Positions 15,168 through 30,940 are shown, counted from the stretch's first letter. The stretch is DNA of 64,000 bases from Chrysomallon squamiferum (GCA_012295275.1 CM022671.1:23002001-23066000); one strand, 5' to 3'. Made by a program: numbers and translations. Notes: a model not told the origin generated them from the letters alone.

Positions 15168-16473
15168 TTTCGCTCACTGCGTAAAAGTTCGAGCACATCG
15201 CACCTGGCACGATGTTCCGATGTTTCAGAGATTTCCTCTAAAAGTGTGGGAATAACGTAGGAAAAGTTCTTAAGCGCACTGATCCTGTTCGTAAACTGAC
15301 ATTTTATATATATATATATATAGTAACAATGAGAAAAGCACTGATGTCATGGGAAATAAACATCGAAAGATGTAGATTCGAACGTATTTGATGCACAGCT
15401 TTCGTGTAATATAATATTATTTAAGTGATATTTTTAAGATGGCTAATGAAAATCGCATCATGAAAATATTTACGTTTGAAGTCTATCTCACAACAGAGGC
15501 GTATTTATCATACACACAGACGCACAAACACGTGAACAGATACTCACAGGAAAAAACACGGCCATAATTATATAAAAAATAAATGTCGAACACATACATA
15601 AAGAGTTTTCTTGGTGATCATGTTAATTTATTTTTTTATTTTTAAATTACAAAATTATAAAATTTAATAACTCGGAATATTTCCCGAACTTAAACAGAAA
15701 GGCTTTTATTTTCGACGTTCTATTTTTGTATATAAGGCAAGTTTGTATTAAAGTTAATTTTCTCGGAATGAATGTATTTTTCTTATCGCATCCGAATCGA
15801 CCGCGGAGTGCTTCGCTGACATTTTAACAAGTTTCCGAAATAAAGATAAGGACCCGTCTGTTGTGACTGTGTCTCTGAATTTCTACATGAAGTACAAGTT
15901 TAGATTTCTAACATTAAATGTCTTGTCTGTTTAATTCTATTTTAGGAGAACGTTTTCGATCTTGGAATTATGTCGACAGAAATAGTAGTTGTTATAAAAT
16001 ATGTAGCTAAAGCAGAGGCAGCAACAGTTGTGACTATTGTAGTAGGCAAAGTAATGGTGATGATGGTAGCTGTATCAGTAGTAGTAAAAGAGGTAGTAGT
16101 GGTAGTATTGTTGTAGTAGCAGTAGTAGCTGTTGTAGTATACCAGACGCTGTAGCAGCAGGACTAGTAATAAAGAATACAAATAATAATAAATAAAAAAA
16201 TGACTATTAGACTGACAAGGTTCCTTGCTAAGCACAGATTGGCAAAATCCTAAATTAGAATTAACTCCCTCCCTCTTAACTGTTAGCCTGCGGTTGAACT
16301 TTACAAAATGCGGTATCTAAACACCTGGTTTTAGAAGATTTATATACTTTTTTTTTATTATCTCCATTCGACTTGTTCAGGCTTATGTTCCTAACATTTA
16401 ACCTATCTCAGTGGATTAAATGATCCTTTTAGTGACTTCAGTTCAAGAGAGACAGAGAGTGCGCGCGAGAGCA

Positions 16474-16575
<102 letters not shown>

Positions 16576-17047
16576 TGTGTGTAGAGAGAAAGATAAAGAT
16601 AATAAGAAACAGAAAGAGAGATACAGACAGACACACATGAGAGAATGTGAGAATGATTAATAATATCTTTTCCCATTGCTTTTGAACTTTTCTTTTCTTT
16701 TTCTTTCATTGTCTATTTTGATGGTCCAAGATACTGAAAAAAAAAAAAAAAAATAAATAAATAAATAAAAACCCACCCAAAAAGCCAAAAAAGAAGAAAA
16801 AAAAAAAAAAAAAATCAAAACCCATCCACACAGAAACTTTTGTAATTACTTGTATAACAGTTTCAGTCAATGACACTGAAAACAGTACGCCTAAATACAG
16901 ATAATGCTATTTCTTCTAATGACCATTTGAAAATAAAACTTTGATGGGGAAAAAAAACAACCCCCAAACACAAGAAGAAAGAACAAATGTCAGAATGAAA
17001 TACTGGATAATGAAATGCTTATCCTGTTGCTGAACAAACAAACAGTG

Positions 17048-17078
<31 letters not shown>

Positions 17079-18060
17079 AAAAAAAAAAAAAAAAGAAGAA
17101 GAAAAAAAAAAAAAAAAATATATATGAAAAATAAATCCAAACGACACGTAAAACATCTGCTGAATGTTACTGATAAGAATAAAACAGAAAGGAATGAAAT
17201 CTCGGATAATAAAATACGTATCGCGCGTGTCTTGATAATGTATACGACAAGTCGAGAGATAATCGCACAGTTAGACGTGTAGCGAGAGTTGAAAGGAGCA
17301 GCAGAAGAAAGTCTTCTCTGTTCTGCTCACTGTTAACAGCTGCAGAAGCACGCCACGCTCTGCATTTCGCTGCTCGAGAGATCGCCCAGTTCAAACGAAC
17401 TGTTCGTCACACATGTTCAAAATTACATTCAACCACCTTTAATAATTTTACGACCTCTCTAAAAGTACGTAAACATGTCTTGCTTCAGTACGGTCTGCTT
17501 TCCATTTTCCTAATGGTTTGAAGTTCTTATGGAACTATATATATATATTTAGTTTTACTCTGTTTTCTTTCTTTGTTTCATTTAGTAAATGGTGTTGTTT
17601 TAGTAGTAAGCTTTTCGAGTAAGCTAATTATCCAAGTTGCTTGTTTAGTAAGTAAATTAACACACAAGTTGTAGCTCAGACCCTAGGATCAGATATAAGG
17701 TTTGTATTAACTGGGTGTTTTTTTCTCTTTCTTGTGGTCAGTAAACCACATCTGTTGTTTGAAAGAAACTGATATTTAGTATTAGAGAAAGTGATAATAA
17801 CAAAATGATTTATTATAATGGAGAACAGAAGTTGTATGTATTTTATCTTTCAAGTATCATGTAATGGTGGTATTCATTAACATAAAAATGAAATATAATT
17901 TATTTCTGCGTAAATTGATATATACAGACATACATATGTGTATATATAAGATGGTTTATTCATGAATTCATTATTAATTTTATTTAAAAATCATTTCACG
18001 TTGAATGATAGTGATCCGTCTTAAAAAAAAAAAAAAAATAAAAAATAAAAAATAATAAAA

Positions 18061-18126
<66 letters not shown>

Positions 18127-21034
18127 GAAAGAAATAATTGGTATCTGACTGAACATATAAATAAATGAAGCTATTAATATAGATATTAATAAAACACGCT
18201 CATATAATGACATTCATTTTGAAGTGTTATTTTTATTTATTTTTTTCACCAGCATCCATGCAATGAATTAAGAGGTGCATTAACGGCTCCTTTTTTAACT
18301 TTTTCAAAGTATATCTTTGAGCTATTTTAATCTTTAGTTTTTGTGCGAAATGTTAGGAATTCACGAATTATGAAAGGAGTATTTATTAGACAGTTGATAA
18401 CTGACTATTTTAACTCGTCTGCGGCGTGTCATTTCTCCAAGTGTATATTACAGTTGACGATCTCTTAGACATTAACGTAAATATTTAGAGAAAAAAAATC
18501 TGAAGATTTTAGACTAGCGCGCATTTAAAGTCTTATTTATAGTATATTTATACAAACAAATCTGACGAAAAGCCATTCATTTATCATCAACATCAAACAT
18601 AAACTATTCATAATGAACTCATCATCCACTTTTAAACTTGTCATAGTTTAACTGGTCCAAGATGGTTTATTCATACACGTGATGTTGGGTGTTGTTTTTT
18701 GTTTTGTTTTTTGTGAATTTTATTTTAATGTATTTGTTAGCTGTAACCTCCATCCAGCAATTCAGCCCAGGAAAACATCCATGCACCCAAATCTTGTCCT
18801 TTCTGGAAGAACGTTTGAAGAACTAACAACTGTGTTGGTAATTCGGGGCAGGTTTTCGTCCAAGCACGTCTGTCGTGAACAGCAAGCTCTGATCCCGTCG
18901 GAGTATTATTCCGTACAAGAGAGAGGGCGGTTAGAGATCTCGACAAGGACATTATTAACAATAAACAGTAACTAATCAGGAACAGTCGAGAGATGTCAGG
19001 CGTGTTTTCACAGAAGCGTGGAAAAACCGATGCATGCAGGTTCTGGTGCCAGAGCAGTTATCTGTCAAAAGCAATTACTAACATGTCTATTAAATAATAT
19101 TAGTTAAAAAGAACTCGTTGTTTGTAAGCAACAGCTTTTAACCTGTCAGTGGAATGGGTTTCTCCATGTTTTTCAGCGAGCGTGCGCTTCAAAGAAAAAT
19201 ACTTGTTAAAAGTCTCGATAACCTTTTTTTTTCTTTAATTAATGACGGCATTTATCATCGTGCGTTCGCGACACACGTAATTAATCACTTTTGTTTGCCA
19301 CTCCTTGCAGTTAATCATCTGTTACCAGAAAGATAATTAATCATTTGTTTATTAAGGACTGAATGCAATTTACACAAAACAGATTCTCTCTTGGTTAATT
19401 TCAAACAATTTCGTTTATGTACCTTTCTGTCAAAAGTGATCATGTATTTCATAACATGATGTATAGTATGAGATAACGAAAAACTGTGTTTAGGTAGTAG
19501 TACATCATGAATCACTGAATTAAATAAAATTCATTTTCAACTGTTTCGTCTTGTCGAGTTTACTTCAGCATCTGGTTCTTCAGAATTTGGGAGAGAGGGA
19601 TGTTATGTAAACCCGAGGAGTGATTAGTCGCTGGATCGTTTCTTCTCACATTTCCCAGTTTACTTATTTAAATGCTTTATAAGCTGTTTATGCCTCATGG
19701 TTTTCCAGACAAGGAGAAGGAACATATAAAACGACCACTTTTTGCTAACTTGTAAGCAAAGCCCGTGGAGCTGCATCAGCAGATTTCTTTACTGTTTGTT
19801 GTGTTGATAATCATTATACAAGAAAATAATCTCAGTATTAAAATGTCTCGAGATGGTGTTGAAAATAGGTTAAATTCATTCTTATGTTTAACTAGCGCAA
19901 TGCATGTCACCAAGTTAACAAAGTTTCAACATTTAAGATGATCTTGCGATGATTTAATTGATCTTCCATTTCTTCAGAAGTCGACGTTCCAAACATTAAA
20001 AAACCGTTTAGTCTCTCTTTGTCTCTGTATCCGCTTAGTCTGCACATTTTTCTGCACATTCTGAGATTTATGTCCTACAGGCGGATTTTTGCTTTGCAAG
20101 TTTTTTATGATGAGTACGAAGTTCTGAACAGGAAAGTTTGTTAAAGAAAAACCGACTATACAGAATCGCAAGATCTCTTTTAAAAGTTTTGAAATATGTA
20201 ATATAACACTGGTTTATAAAATCGTATCTCTTAATACAAAATGAAAAAAAATCAAATGTTGGTTCAGTAAATATATACTTATTTAACAAACAAAAAAAGA
20301 GTGAAAACGACTACTACTCCTACTATAACATCAACTACAACAACAACAACAACAACAACAACAATAATAATAATAATAATAATCAATAATAATAATAATA
20401 ATCATCATCATCATCATCATAGTAGTAGTAGTAGTAGTAGTCGTAGCAGAAGTAGTAACAACCACCCACCATGATGAAAAATATAAGACCTTCAGTAAAT
20501 AAAATATTATATGGGCAGTCACGCCATGGGAGTGCGCGCATTGATGTAGGATTATAAATAATAAACAAAATCTGAATCTTTCTTCATAAACTTTGCCACT
20601 TAACCAGCATTCTGAATTATTTATGTAAGATCACTGTCTGTCGACACAGGAATTTGTTACCGGACATGCTCGTAGAAGAAATAAACTGAACTCTTGATAA
20701 CATTCCTCAAAATCGCGATACAAGGCTTTTTGTATCTGAAGTGTTTATATAAAAACAGACATGTTACAGCCTAGAGGTTTCTAAGTTAAAAAAAAAAAAA
20801 AAAAAAATCTTATGGACCTTTTTTTTTTTTTTTTTAGATGTAATGTTAAGACAGCTTCAAAGAAGCGGAAATACAAATTAAAGAAATTTAAGTGTAAAAC
20901 ATAATCGTTTGTTTGTTCAATATAAATTACAAATTATTAAGATCTGAAGCTGTAATATGGTGATAGTGTAACTCAATTTACAGAATTAATATTTGAATGT
21001 CATTATTAATTATATACTACAAATAGAGTTTTGT

Positions 21035-22385
21035 TACATACATACACGTACATACACTCGTTTTAGATACAGATATAGTACTGTCACACACACACACACA
21101 CACACACGTACACAAGTTTTATAAACAGATACAGTACTGTCACACACCACACACGTACATACACAATTTTTAGATACAGATATAGTACTGTCACACACCA
21201 CACTCACGTACATACACAATTTTTAGATACAGATATAGTACTGTCACACACACACACGTACATAAGTTTTAGATACAGATACAGCACTGTCACACACCAT
21301 ACACGTACATACACAAGTTTTATATACAGATATAGTACTGTCACACACATACACGTACATACATAAGTTTTATATACAGATATAGCACTGTCACACACAT
21401 ACACGTACATGCATAAGTTTTATATACAGATATAGTACTGTCACACACACACACGTACATACACAAGTTTTATATACAGGTATAGTACTGTCACACACAT
21501 ACACACACACACACACGTACATACGTACATACACAAGTTGTATATACAGATATAGTACTGTCACACATACACGTACATACACAAGTTTTATATACAGATA
21601 TAGTACTGTCACACACACACACACGTACATACACAAGTTTTATATACAGATATAGTACTGTCACACATACACGTACATACACAAGTTTTATATACAGATA
21701 TAGTACTGTCACACACACACACGTACATACACAAGTTTTAGATACAGATATAGTACTGTCACACACCACACATACACGTACATGCACAAGTTTTATATAC
21801 AGATATAGTACTGTCACACACACATACACGTACACAAGTTTTATATACAGATATAGTACTGTCACACACCACACATACACGTACATGCACAAGTTTTATA
21901 TACAGATATAGTACTGTCACACACACATACACGTACACAAGTTTTATATACAGATATAGTACTGTCACACACATACACACACGTACAAACACAAGTTTTA
22001 TATACAGATATAGTACTGTTACACACACATGTACATACACAAGTTTTATATACAGATATAGTACTGTCACACACACATACATACACGTACATACACAAGT
22101 TTTATATACAGATATAGTACTGTCACACACACATACATACACGTACATACACAAGTTTTATATACAGATACACACACACACACATACACAAGTTTTATAT
22201 ACAGATATAGTACTGTCACACACCACACATACATGTACATACACAAGTTTTATATACAGATATAGTACTGTCACACACCACACATACACGTACACACACA
22301 AGTTTTATATACAGATATAGTACTGTCACACACCATACACACACGTACATACACAAGTTTTGGATAGAGATATACACACCACACA
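21035..22385. repeat. Minisatellite, ~26 units of ~50 bp (constant core plus variable (CA)n linker)
   Basis: Repeated core cacgtacatacacaagttttatatacagatatagtactgtca separated by variable cacacac tracts. Confidence 0.95.
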
Positions 22386-23232
22386 GAGAAAAGAAACAAA
22401 AACAATAAGAAACACACTCAGATCCACAATGGAACCAAACTCGACGAAGTGCATTATAAAATTAAGAAAATATTTGGAAGAACGAATATTTAAAACTGTA
22501 AACTAACTTTTTATAAATTGGTTTATATAAATCGACACTTGTGAACTGATAAAGATAATCTATGATCAGTGAAACAATGAGAAGTGGAATTTTTTGTTTG
22601 TTTGTTTTTTAACATTTTAATTGTATAGATGTTAAACAGTAATCGAATGTATTTATGATAATATTATCATCTCAATTATTCTGATTTGACTTTTATTTAA
22701 ATCAGTGCACCACCATCACATATTTAGACTTCAGAAGGTATGTGTGTGTGTGTGTGTGGGGGGGGGGGCAAATGACATAAATTAAATATTTGCTGCATTT
22801 TAAGAACTCATAAATAATCCCACGAATCCGTACTCTTTTTACAGACGCTTGTAAAATGGATACAAAAATACGAAACGAGATAGCACTTGTAATAAAATTA
22901 TATTCTTTTATCATTTAAATCTGCCACAGAGAAAGCAGTGAAAACTGTGATTACAGAAATAATTAAACTTAAAAACATTGCATTTACGTGGATATTTTTT
23001 TCTGATAACTTTTTTATCTTAATCTGACCTTGACCCTAAACTCTGCAAATTAAGACGTGAAGGTGTTTGCAGTGTTTCAGTTTTCGTATCGCTGAGTACA
23101 TGACCGGGCGGTCTTCTTTTTCTTTCATGTCTCCCCATACATCTTTTTTTTAATCGTTTCTGATCTTGCAGAGGTCTTCTGTTCACACGTCTGTTGACTC
23201 CACCAAATGTTTCTTGTTCCCGATCCATGTTT

Positions 23233-23263
<31 letters not shown>

Positions 23264-23755
23264 TTTTTTAACTGAACGTTCAAAAAACACAAGCAGAAAT
23301 TTTTAATATGTAAAATGAAAGAAAGAAAGAAAGAATAAACAGAAAAGTTCCCATTTTTTCTTTGAATATATTTATTTTCATTATAATAATAAAATAACAA
23401 ATTTAAATCTAATTTTTTTTTAGTACTTAAACCACTTTTTTTTTGTGCTAATAACATAACCATTGGCTCTTCCGCAAATGAAGCACGGCAGAATCCATTT
23501 AAATATTCTTTAGATAACCGTTTAGTTAAACCGTTACACCTCTACACAAAAACACACACACGCACACACACACACACGTACACATAACGCACATATATAC
23601 ATACATGTTGAAACAGATTTTAAAAAAAATGTTGTGGTTGGTTTTTATTAATTTTGCGCGTATAGATAGGCCTACAGCATTTGCAAATCGCATCATGTAA
23701 AAATGTGCGGTGTTTTTTGTTGCTTTTTTCTTGTAATTTAAGTAACGATAGGGAG

Positions 23756-23802
<47 letters not shown>

Positions 23803-23902
23803 GTTATAGAAAGATTACAATAATAATATTAATAATAATAAATCAGGAACAAAGATAAATTATATTATGCATTTATTTGATAAAATCCCACCAAAAACGT
23901 AA

Positions 23903-23945
<43 letters not shown>

Positions 23946-24657
23946 AAAATTAAAAAATTAAAAAAAAAAATTGAAAAAATGGAAAATCAATTAAAGAGAA
24001 GCTATTGCTATATCCTTTCACTGGTTTTGCCAACAGCAGCATATTTTAATGATAAGATATATTGAATTCACTTTTTATCTTTCAACTCTCAGTTCTGTGT
24101 CTGATAAAGCCAGTCACCTCACACATGTTAATATATATTTTTTTTCACTACAGCTCAACCTTTCCCTTTTGATGTGTCTAGTTTATACGATCTGCGGTAG
24201 ATGTTGTTATAGCATATACCGTGATCGACGGCAAAAGACCATCCATTTCTCATCGCGTGCACGTTACAGCACAGCGCGTTTACCTGACCTTTACAGCGAC
24301 CCCGTAGTATTCTGGACATCTGCGAGTTTAGAGCCAATCAAGTGGATAATTGAATATTTTGATTCCACTTACATATCCTTTCTGCAACACTGAAGTACAC
24401 CGGATTAAATGCCAGAGGATGAAAATTACTTACACTCATCGTATGTATGTGTGTGTGTGTGTATCTATCTATTCGTGATGAGTTTTTCAACGGCAACACG
24501 TCAGAGGGAGTCGAGTTTCAATGTTTTTACAAACATCGACTTTCGGGTCTCCGCTATTCTGAGTGTGAAGGAAAATAAGCGAGAAGAATGATTACGTACT
24601 GATGTTAAAACAAACAGAAAAAAGAAGAGTGTTTGTGTAAAGAAGAAGAAGGAAAAA

Positions 24658-24688
<31 letters not shown>

Positions 24689-25300
24689 TGTGTTCTGGGT
24701 AGCCAGGTTTTTGTCAGATGTTTCCGAGACTAACTGGCAGACGAAAGAAAGATACGCGTTGTGTAAAATATGATCGGCGCATTTCAACACCTGTTTGATC
24801 GAATGGCGAAAACGAAATCAGGGATTAAGAAAAGATAAAGACTAAAAAAAAAAAAAAAAATGAATGAGAAAACAGAATAGGTTCACCGATTTTGTGATCT
24901 TAATTGTAAAATAAATACAAGAAGGTATAAAAGAGGGGGTATAAAGCTATCCTGGTCGATTTATGAAAATAAAATAAGACGTATATTAAATCTAACTGGG
25001 TTACTGAGCAAGCCGCAATGGCGATATGATTATTTGTGTTGGACAGGGTTAACATATTAGTTAATTAGCCCGAAAAAAGAAGTCGAACAATGTCAGAGGA
25101 AGGATCTTTTCTGGAAACTTTATTCTGAACTGAATTAGAAACAAAAGTCAGTGTATCAAAAGATAACTGGTTAGAAACTCAATATGGTGCTTTAACAGGA
25201 AACAAAATAAGTTAACAAAGAAAAAAACCTCCACAAAACATTAATACTGGTTAAAGAGAACGCCAAAACTAATTACTATTTGTATTTTATGCCGTTAAGC

Positions 25301-25337
<37 letters not shown>

Positions 25338-26539
25338 AAGAAAGAAAAAAAGAAAAGGAAAACAGAAGAGCGATACTGTAAATTACTTTTGACTGTTTAT
25401 TATCTATAAGTTTTAGTTTTTTTTTTACCTTTTCTTTTCCTTCACGCTTTATTTCGTTTTCCTCGATAATTATCACGATTTTTTTTAACTTTCAGCCACC
25501 CCCTCGTTTAAGTCATTTCCATAACAACCAACAGTTTAAAAAAAAAAAAAAAAAAATTAATTAATTACCTCCAACATTTAAGTGAACAACCTCGACAACA
25601 GCTCCGATTTCACTGTCTGAACTGTGGTGTTCAGTTCTGTGACGTAATCAGCTTTATTAACCTCTAAAACATCATCGCTTCTCGGTTGTGCGTGATTTTT
25701 ACGAGATAAGCCGAAGACGGTGTTCATCTGACGTCATTGTCTGAACTAGTGCATCCACTGCTACGCCCAGAGTCTATCTGCTTTTGCAATCACGACAATT
25801 GGATCATCAAATCCGATACTGCCAAAGACTGCTGAAAATGCAGATGGTAAAACGACTCACCAGGTGAAACTCGTATTTGTTTTCTTTTTACACCGAGAAA
25901 TAAATATTTTAGTGGCCAGAAGTGTTAAAATCATAAGTTTTAAGTAAATTTACGTGGTAAACACGTTGTTAACGTCAGAGTTGTCGTCGTATTTACTTCA
26001 GTGTGCCAAATCGACACGGCAATTAAATTCACTGCGATTTAGAATTCATTTCTGAATATTCGAATCTTTCCGTACACCTTTTTCACTTTAAATACATACA
26101 TAATAAGTTATACAATGCATTTGAATAACTTGCTGCATTTCTGTTATAGCTCTGAAGTTTAGTATCATTAAAATCAGTTCTGAGTTCAGATGAATTAACT
26201 CATCACTTTTTTTATAGTCAGTATCTATCCACAAACATCATCACAGTCTAAATTAATTAATCTTTATGTAATTATTTTTCTGTTTTGTATATTTCAGTAC
26301 TGAAATGAAATATTGTTGCATGTTTCGTTGCACATTTGAAATATCCAGTATTATAATGATTAGTAAACCAAAAAAAAAATATTTGAATAAAAAAAGTATT
26401 AAAGATTCTAGAGCAAGCTTTCCTGTCTATGGGAAGGAACATGTAAAAATATATATTTTTGCTGATAATGACGTTTGCCTGCTGCTAAGACTTACCTGAG
26501 ATTTTAACACAATAAATAAAATAAAATAAAATAAAATAT

Positions 26540-26980
26540 ATAAACTACTACTAGTAGAATTATATTACTACAGTTACTCCTATTAATTTTACAACCACTA
26601 TTGCTATTACTGTAACTACATTTATTACTACTACTACTGCTGCTACTACTGCTACCATCATTATTACTGCTACTATTACTGTAACTACATTTACTACTAC
26701 CACTACAACTACTATTACTACTATTGTAACTATGTTTACTGCTACTACTACTACTACTACTACTACAACCACAATTATTATTACTGCTACTATTATTGTA
26801 ACTGCATTTACTACTACTACTACTACTACAACTACTAATACTACTACAACTACTAATACTGCTACCAGTATTATTACTACATTTACTACTACTACTACTG
26901 CAACTACTGCTACGACCACAACTACTAGCCACTTCTACCATACAATTACTACTATTGACATTATTACCATAATCACTATC
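26540..26980. repeat. Degenerate (TAC/TAT)n trinucleotide repeat
   Basis: Continuous actactact/attact tract; source of the spurious poly-S/V/T ORFs. Confidence 0.9.
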
Positions 26981-27314
26981 GCACCGCAATTACTGTTTTT
27001 CTGAATTTTAAACAAATGCCCATTCGTGCATTTGAAATGCTCGGAGCATTAACTGAGTGGTTCTGAATTAAATGAAATCACACCGACGTAACGGTCAGAT
27101 AAAGCGAGTTTCGGAGTCAGTTTGTGTCACAGATCCCACTAATGACATGCACCAGAGCATTATTGCATTATCTAGAGAAAGGCGGGTCCCGTCGAACTTT
27201 AACACTGTTCAACTGCTACTCGGTACAATATAAAGATAGAGATATTAGAAAAGATAGACCTAATAGTAATGGCTTTTCTGACTTCGTCCATTAGTACGAT
27301 GATATAATTTGTTT

Positions 27315-27437
27315 GTATGTATTTGTATGTATGTACGTATGTATGTATGTATGTATGTATGTATGTATGTATGTATGTATGTATGTATGTATGTATGTAT
27401 GTATGTATGTATGTATGTATGTATGTATGTATGTATG

Positions 27438-27469
<32 letters not shown>

Positions 27470-27495
27470 TGTATGTATGTATGTATGTATGTATG
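27315..27495. repeat. (TATG)n microsatellite
   Basis: Near-perfect gtat run. Confidence 0.95.
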
Positions 27496-28239
27496 TGTAT
27501 GTGTGTGTATGCACGTATGTGTATATGTCTGTGTATCGTGTGTACGTGCCTGTGTTATGTGTGCTTGTGTATTACGTGTATTTAACCCTTTTTATGAAAT
27601 GATTATTCCTTTAATTATTAACTGGTGGGGCAGGGAGTTTGTTTGTTTGTTTTGGAGTAGTAGTAGTAGTAGTAGTAGTGGTAATAATGATGATGATGAT
27701 GATGATGATGATGGTGATGGTGATGGTGATGATGACGATAAAGACGATAATGATGATAACAAGAAAATATACATGAACGCCTTTATAAAAAACAATAAAA
27801 AGTGTATTGTGTGGAATGAAAAACAACTACATTTATATATGTGTGTGTTCTACCAGTATAACGAGTTATTGAAGATTAAATCTGAAAGCTATTCACATGC
27901 TTTCTGCAAAAAAAAAAAAAAACCACAAAAAAACCCCATCAAACAAATTATTACAATACATTTGAAAATGTTATTAAAGGCTTTTGTATCAACATAAAAC
28001 AATAAATCAGAGAAAAAAAAAAAAATATATACATAATACACACACACACACACTCATATTTTTGTTCATAATTAATGTACTGCGTTTTCAAGGTGAATAT
28101 TATCTTTAATGAGCTGATTCAGAATCGGGTGCCAGAATCGTTGCCATGGGTGTAACCGAAAGATAAGATCTAAGTACAAGAAAGAAGGCAAAAAATTAAT
28201 CAGCGATTACCAACAGTTTTCATATATAGTGGGAGAAAT

Positions 28240-29030
28240 GTAGCGAGAAATAATATTAGTGTAATGCAGTCAGTTTTGTACTAATAAATTATAGTGTTAC
28301 GTAATATTTGTAAATTCTTTATTTCTACAGTAATAATTAATATTATTCATAATTGTTTCGTAGCATTTAGTGATATGTAATATTAATAAATTATCGAATT
28401 TTAAAGTGATATTTAATATTAATGTATATTACAGTATCTCTTATGATGCATAATGTCGGTTAATCATAGTATTTTTACAATGTCAAATTCCACTAGTATT
28501 TTAGTCAATATTGTAGGTTTAAATAATGTCGGTAAATTGTAGTCAGTTTTACATAGTGACACATATCGTTAGTATAATTATGACAGTCTGCATTTTTAGT
28601 GATAACGTCAGTACATGGTAATCAGTTTTTCATAGTGATACATATTATCAGTAATTATATAGTAGTCATATCGATGATAACGCCGGTGCATCGTAGTCGT
28701 TTTTTATAGTGATAAATTTATTGTAATCAGTATTTTATGTTGATAAATAACGTTAGTGTGTGGCAGTCATTTTTTGACAGTGATAATTACCGCCAGTATA
28801 TTGTTGTTATCAGTATTTTTAAGTGATAAATAACATCAGTTATACCGAAGCCAGTTTTTCATAGAGAGACCGTTAGAATATTGTAGACAGTATTTTACGA
28901 CGATATGTCGCTACAGTATCGCGATATGTTATTCATAGTGATAAATGTCATCAAAATATTACTGTAGTCGGTATTTTTTCATGATAAACGGCTCCGGTAA
29001 ATCATGATCAGTGTATTTTTCAGATAACGT
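28240..29030. repeat. Highly degenerate tandem repeat, roughly 30-40-bp period
   Basis: Recurring agtgataa...cgtcagta...tagtcagttttt(c)at elements. Confidence 0.6.
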
Positions 29031-29871
29031 TTTGATCACGTTACTGTTTTGTGTTTTGTTAATTAGTTCTTTTCATTTCTCTTAAACTTGGTGTTATTAC
29101 CTGCGGTTCAAGATGAAATGAACGCAGCTTCCCACGAAACAGTCAGTGAACCCTGTCTGCCCGGAGAATCGAGAAAATTAAAGATTAGCTAATTTACTTT
29201 TTGCCTCATTTAGCTGCAGGTATCGAGCCTCGGTACGTACTTAATTAACGTTATCGCCTCTTATCATCTTTCCGGAGATACACGAAGCAATTTATCTCGG
29301 CCATGGACGCTATATTACGCTTTTTGTCATGCTCGAGACTTTTAATGAAGTTGTGGAGGACGACATTCTCCACGACAGGGCCAAAGGTCAACGGGATTTG
29401 CCCCCCATTAACATCCGCTCAAAGTCCCCTCCCTGCATCTTTATTCGATGGTCAATTAAATGGAAGACACAGTCTATAAAGACATATTACACAACAAAAC
29501 TCTAAGGGTATTCTCATTGGTTGCTTTTATCTGCAAAATGGATCTAATACCTGAGCACAAATGCTACGTTTAGATACTATTTTGACTGTCATTTATGAAA
29601 GTACACGTGTAATTCTTTTTCCTTTATTATTTTGTATTCCTTAACTTTCTATACATTTATCGTTGATTGACAAAACACAAAGTAGTATGTTATTTAATCT
29701 TAAGACGAGATCTTTAACTTTTCTCGAACACGCGAATCGCTCAAACGTGGCAAAATGAAATAAAGCCATATGTCTGACAAATGTCTATTTACGCGTCAGT
29801 TAACGACTAGGAAATGTTCTTCACCGATTATATGCGTTCGTTATCGTAAATATTCCCAGTGTTTTTTATAC

Positions 29872-29938
<67 letters not shown>

Positions 29939-30940
29939 CGTTTTTTCATTGCCTGTAGACGCTTCTAATTTTAGGTTATGTGTTTGGGAATGGTTAATGA
30001 CAAACTGAATCCTGTACAAGATTCGTAATGCACGAGAAAGAAGAAAACGCAAGTTAAGATTGATAGGTGAAGATAAGATACTACACGTAAAACAAGGCGA
30101 TCGTGTTCCTTCTATTTTTCTTTTTTGATAACCTCACTTCTTCACAAAAAAAAAAATCAAGGAAAAAATGTATCAAATTCGCTTATCTAGTAAATGGTTC
30201 TCATTTAAATATTTTTAGAATACTGGCTGTTGGGTGTCAGGAAAAATAAATGAATCAAAAGAAAATGTAAATCAAATGAAAAAATATCTAGTAACTTTTG
30301 TCTGGATAATATTGTTTTTTTCTGCAGTACCAAGATTAAAGAGTTGCCGTCTGTATCTCTTAATTAGATTCATTATTAAGAACAATCGTTTTTGAAGATA
30401 ATAATATTATTTCAGGTCTGAAATCGTTATTAAAATATTCATACCCTAAATATAATCAGGATAACAACAATAGTTTTAACTAATCATCTGGCATCAACCT
30501 ACATTAGATCATTATCTCAAGAAGATGAAAGATGCGTTCTAGAATAACAAAACAACCATGTTAGTGTGTTTCTTGGCAGTCTGAAATGAACCAAACGTGA
30601 CCCAGGAAGGATACGGTTACCATCGGACCGGCGATATTTGTATGAAAATTATTCATCTGATGGACACCAGCAGGACAAATACCTCGCCTCGTTTATCAAA
30701 ACAGAAACGTGCACGCTGCATGCGAATGTTCCATAAGCTGTTTCCCGTGTTAAATCTGAGGCTAACATGTCTTGAGTTTAGGTCTGCGTGAAGCCCGATC
30801 GCGACCACCAAACGCCCATTATCGTAAACTGACCAAGGAAACGGCCATCCTTGCAATCAGTAATGTACTCATGGGCACGGCCACCGCCATCTGTTTTAGG
30901 AAGATTTTGGTCAAAAGATAGTCTGGCGAAGATTCGAGAC

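Noticed and set aside
21035-22385. Repeat-spacer look resembling a CRISPR array
   Set aside because: The spacers are short (CA)n variants rather than unique sequences, there are no cas genes, and the context is a eukaryotic intron.
26504-27997. ORFs of 84-226 aa (poly-S, poly-V, poly-T, MYVC repeats)
   Set aside because: They are translations of (TAC)n, (TATG)n and (GAT)n microsatellites.
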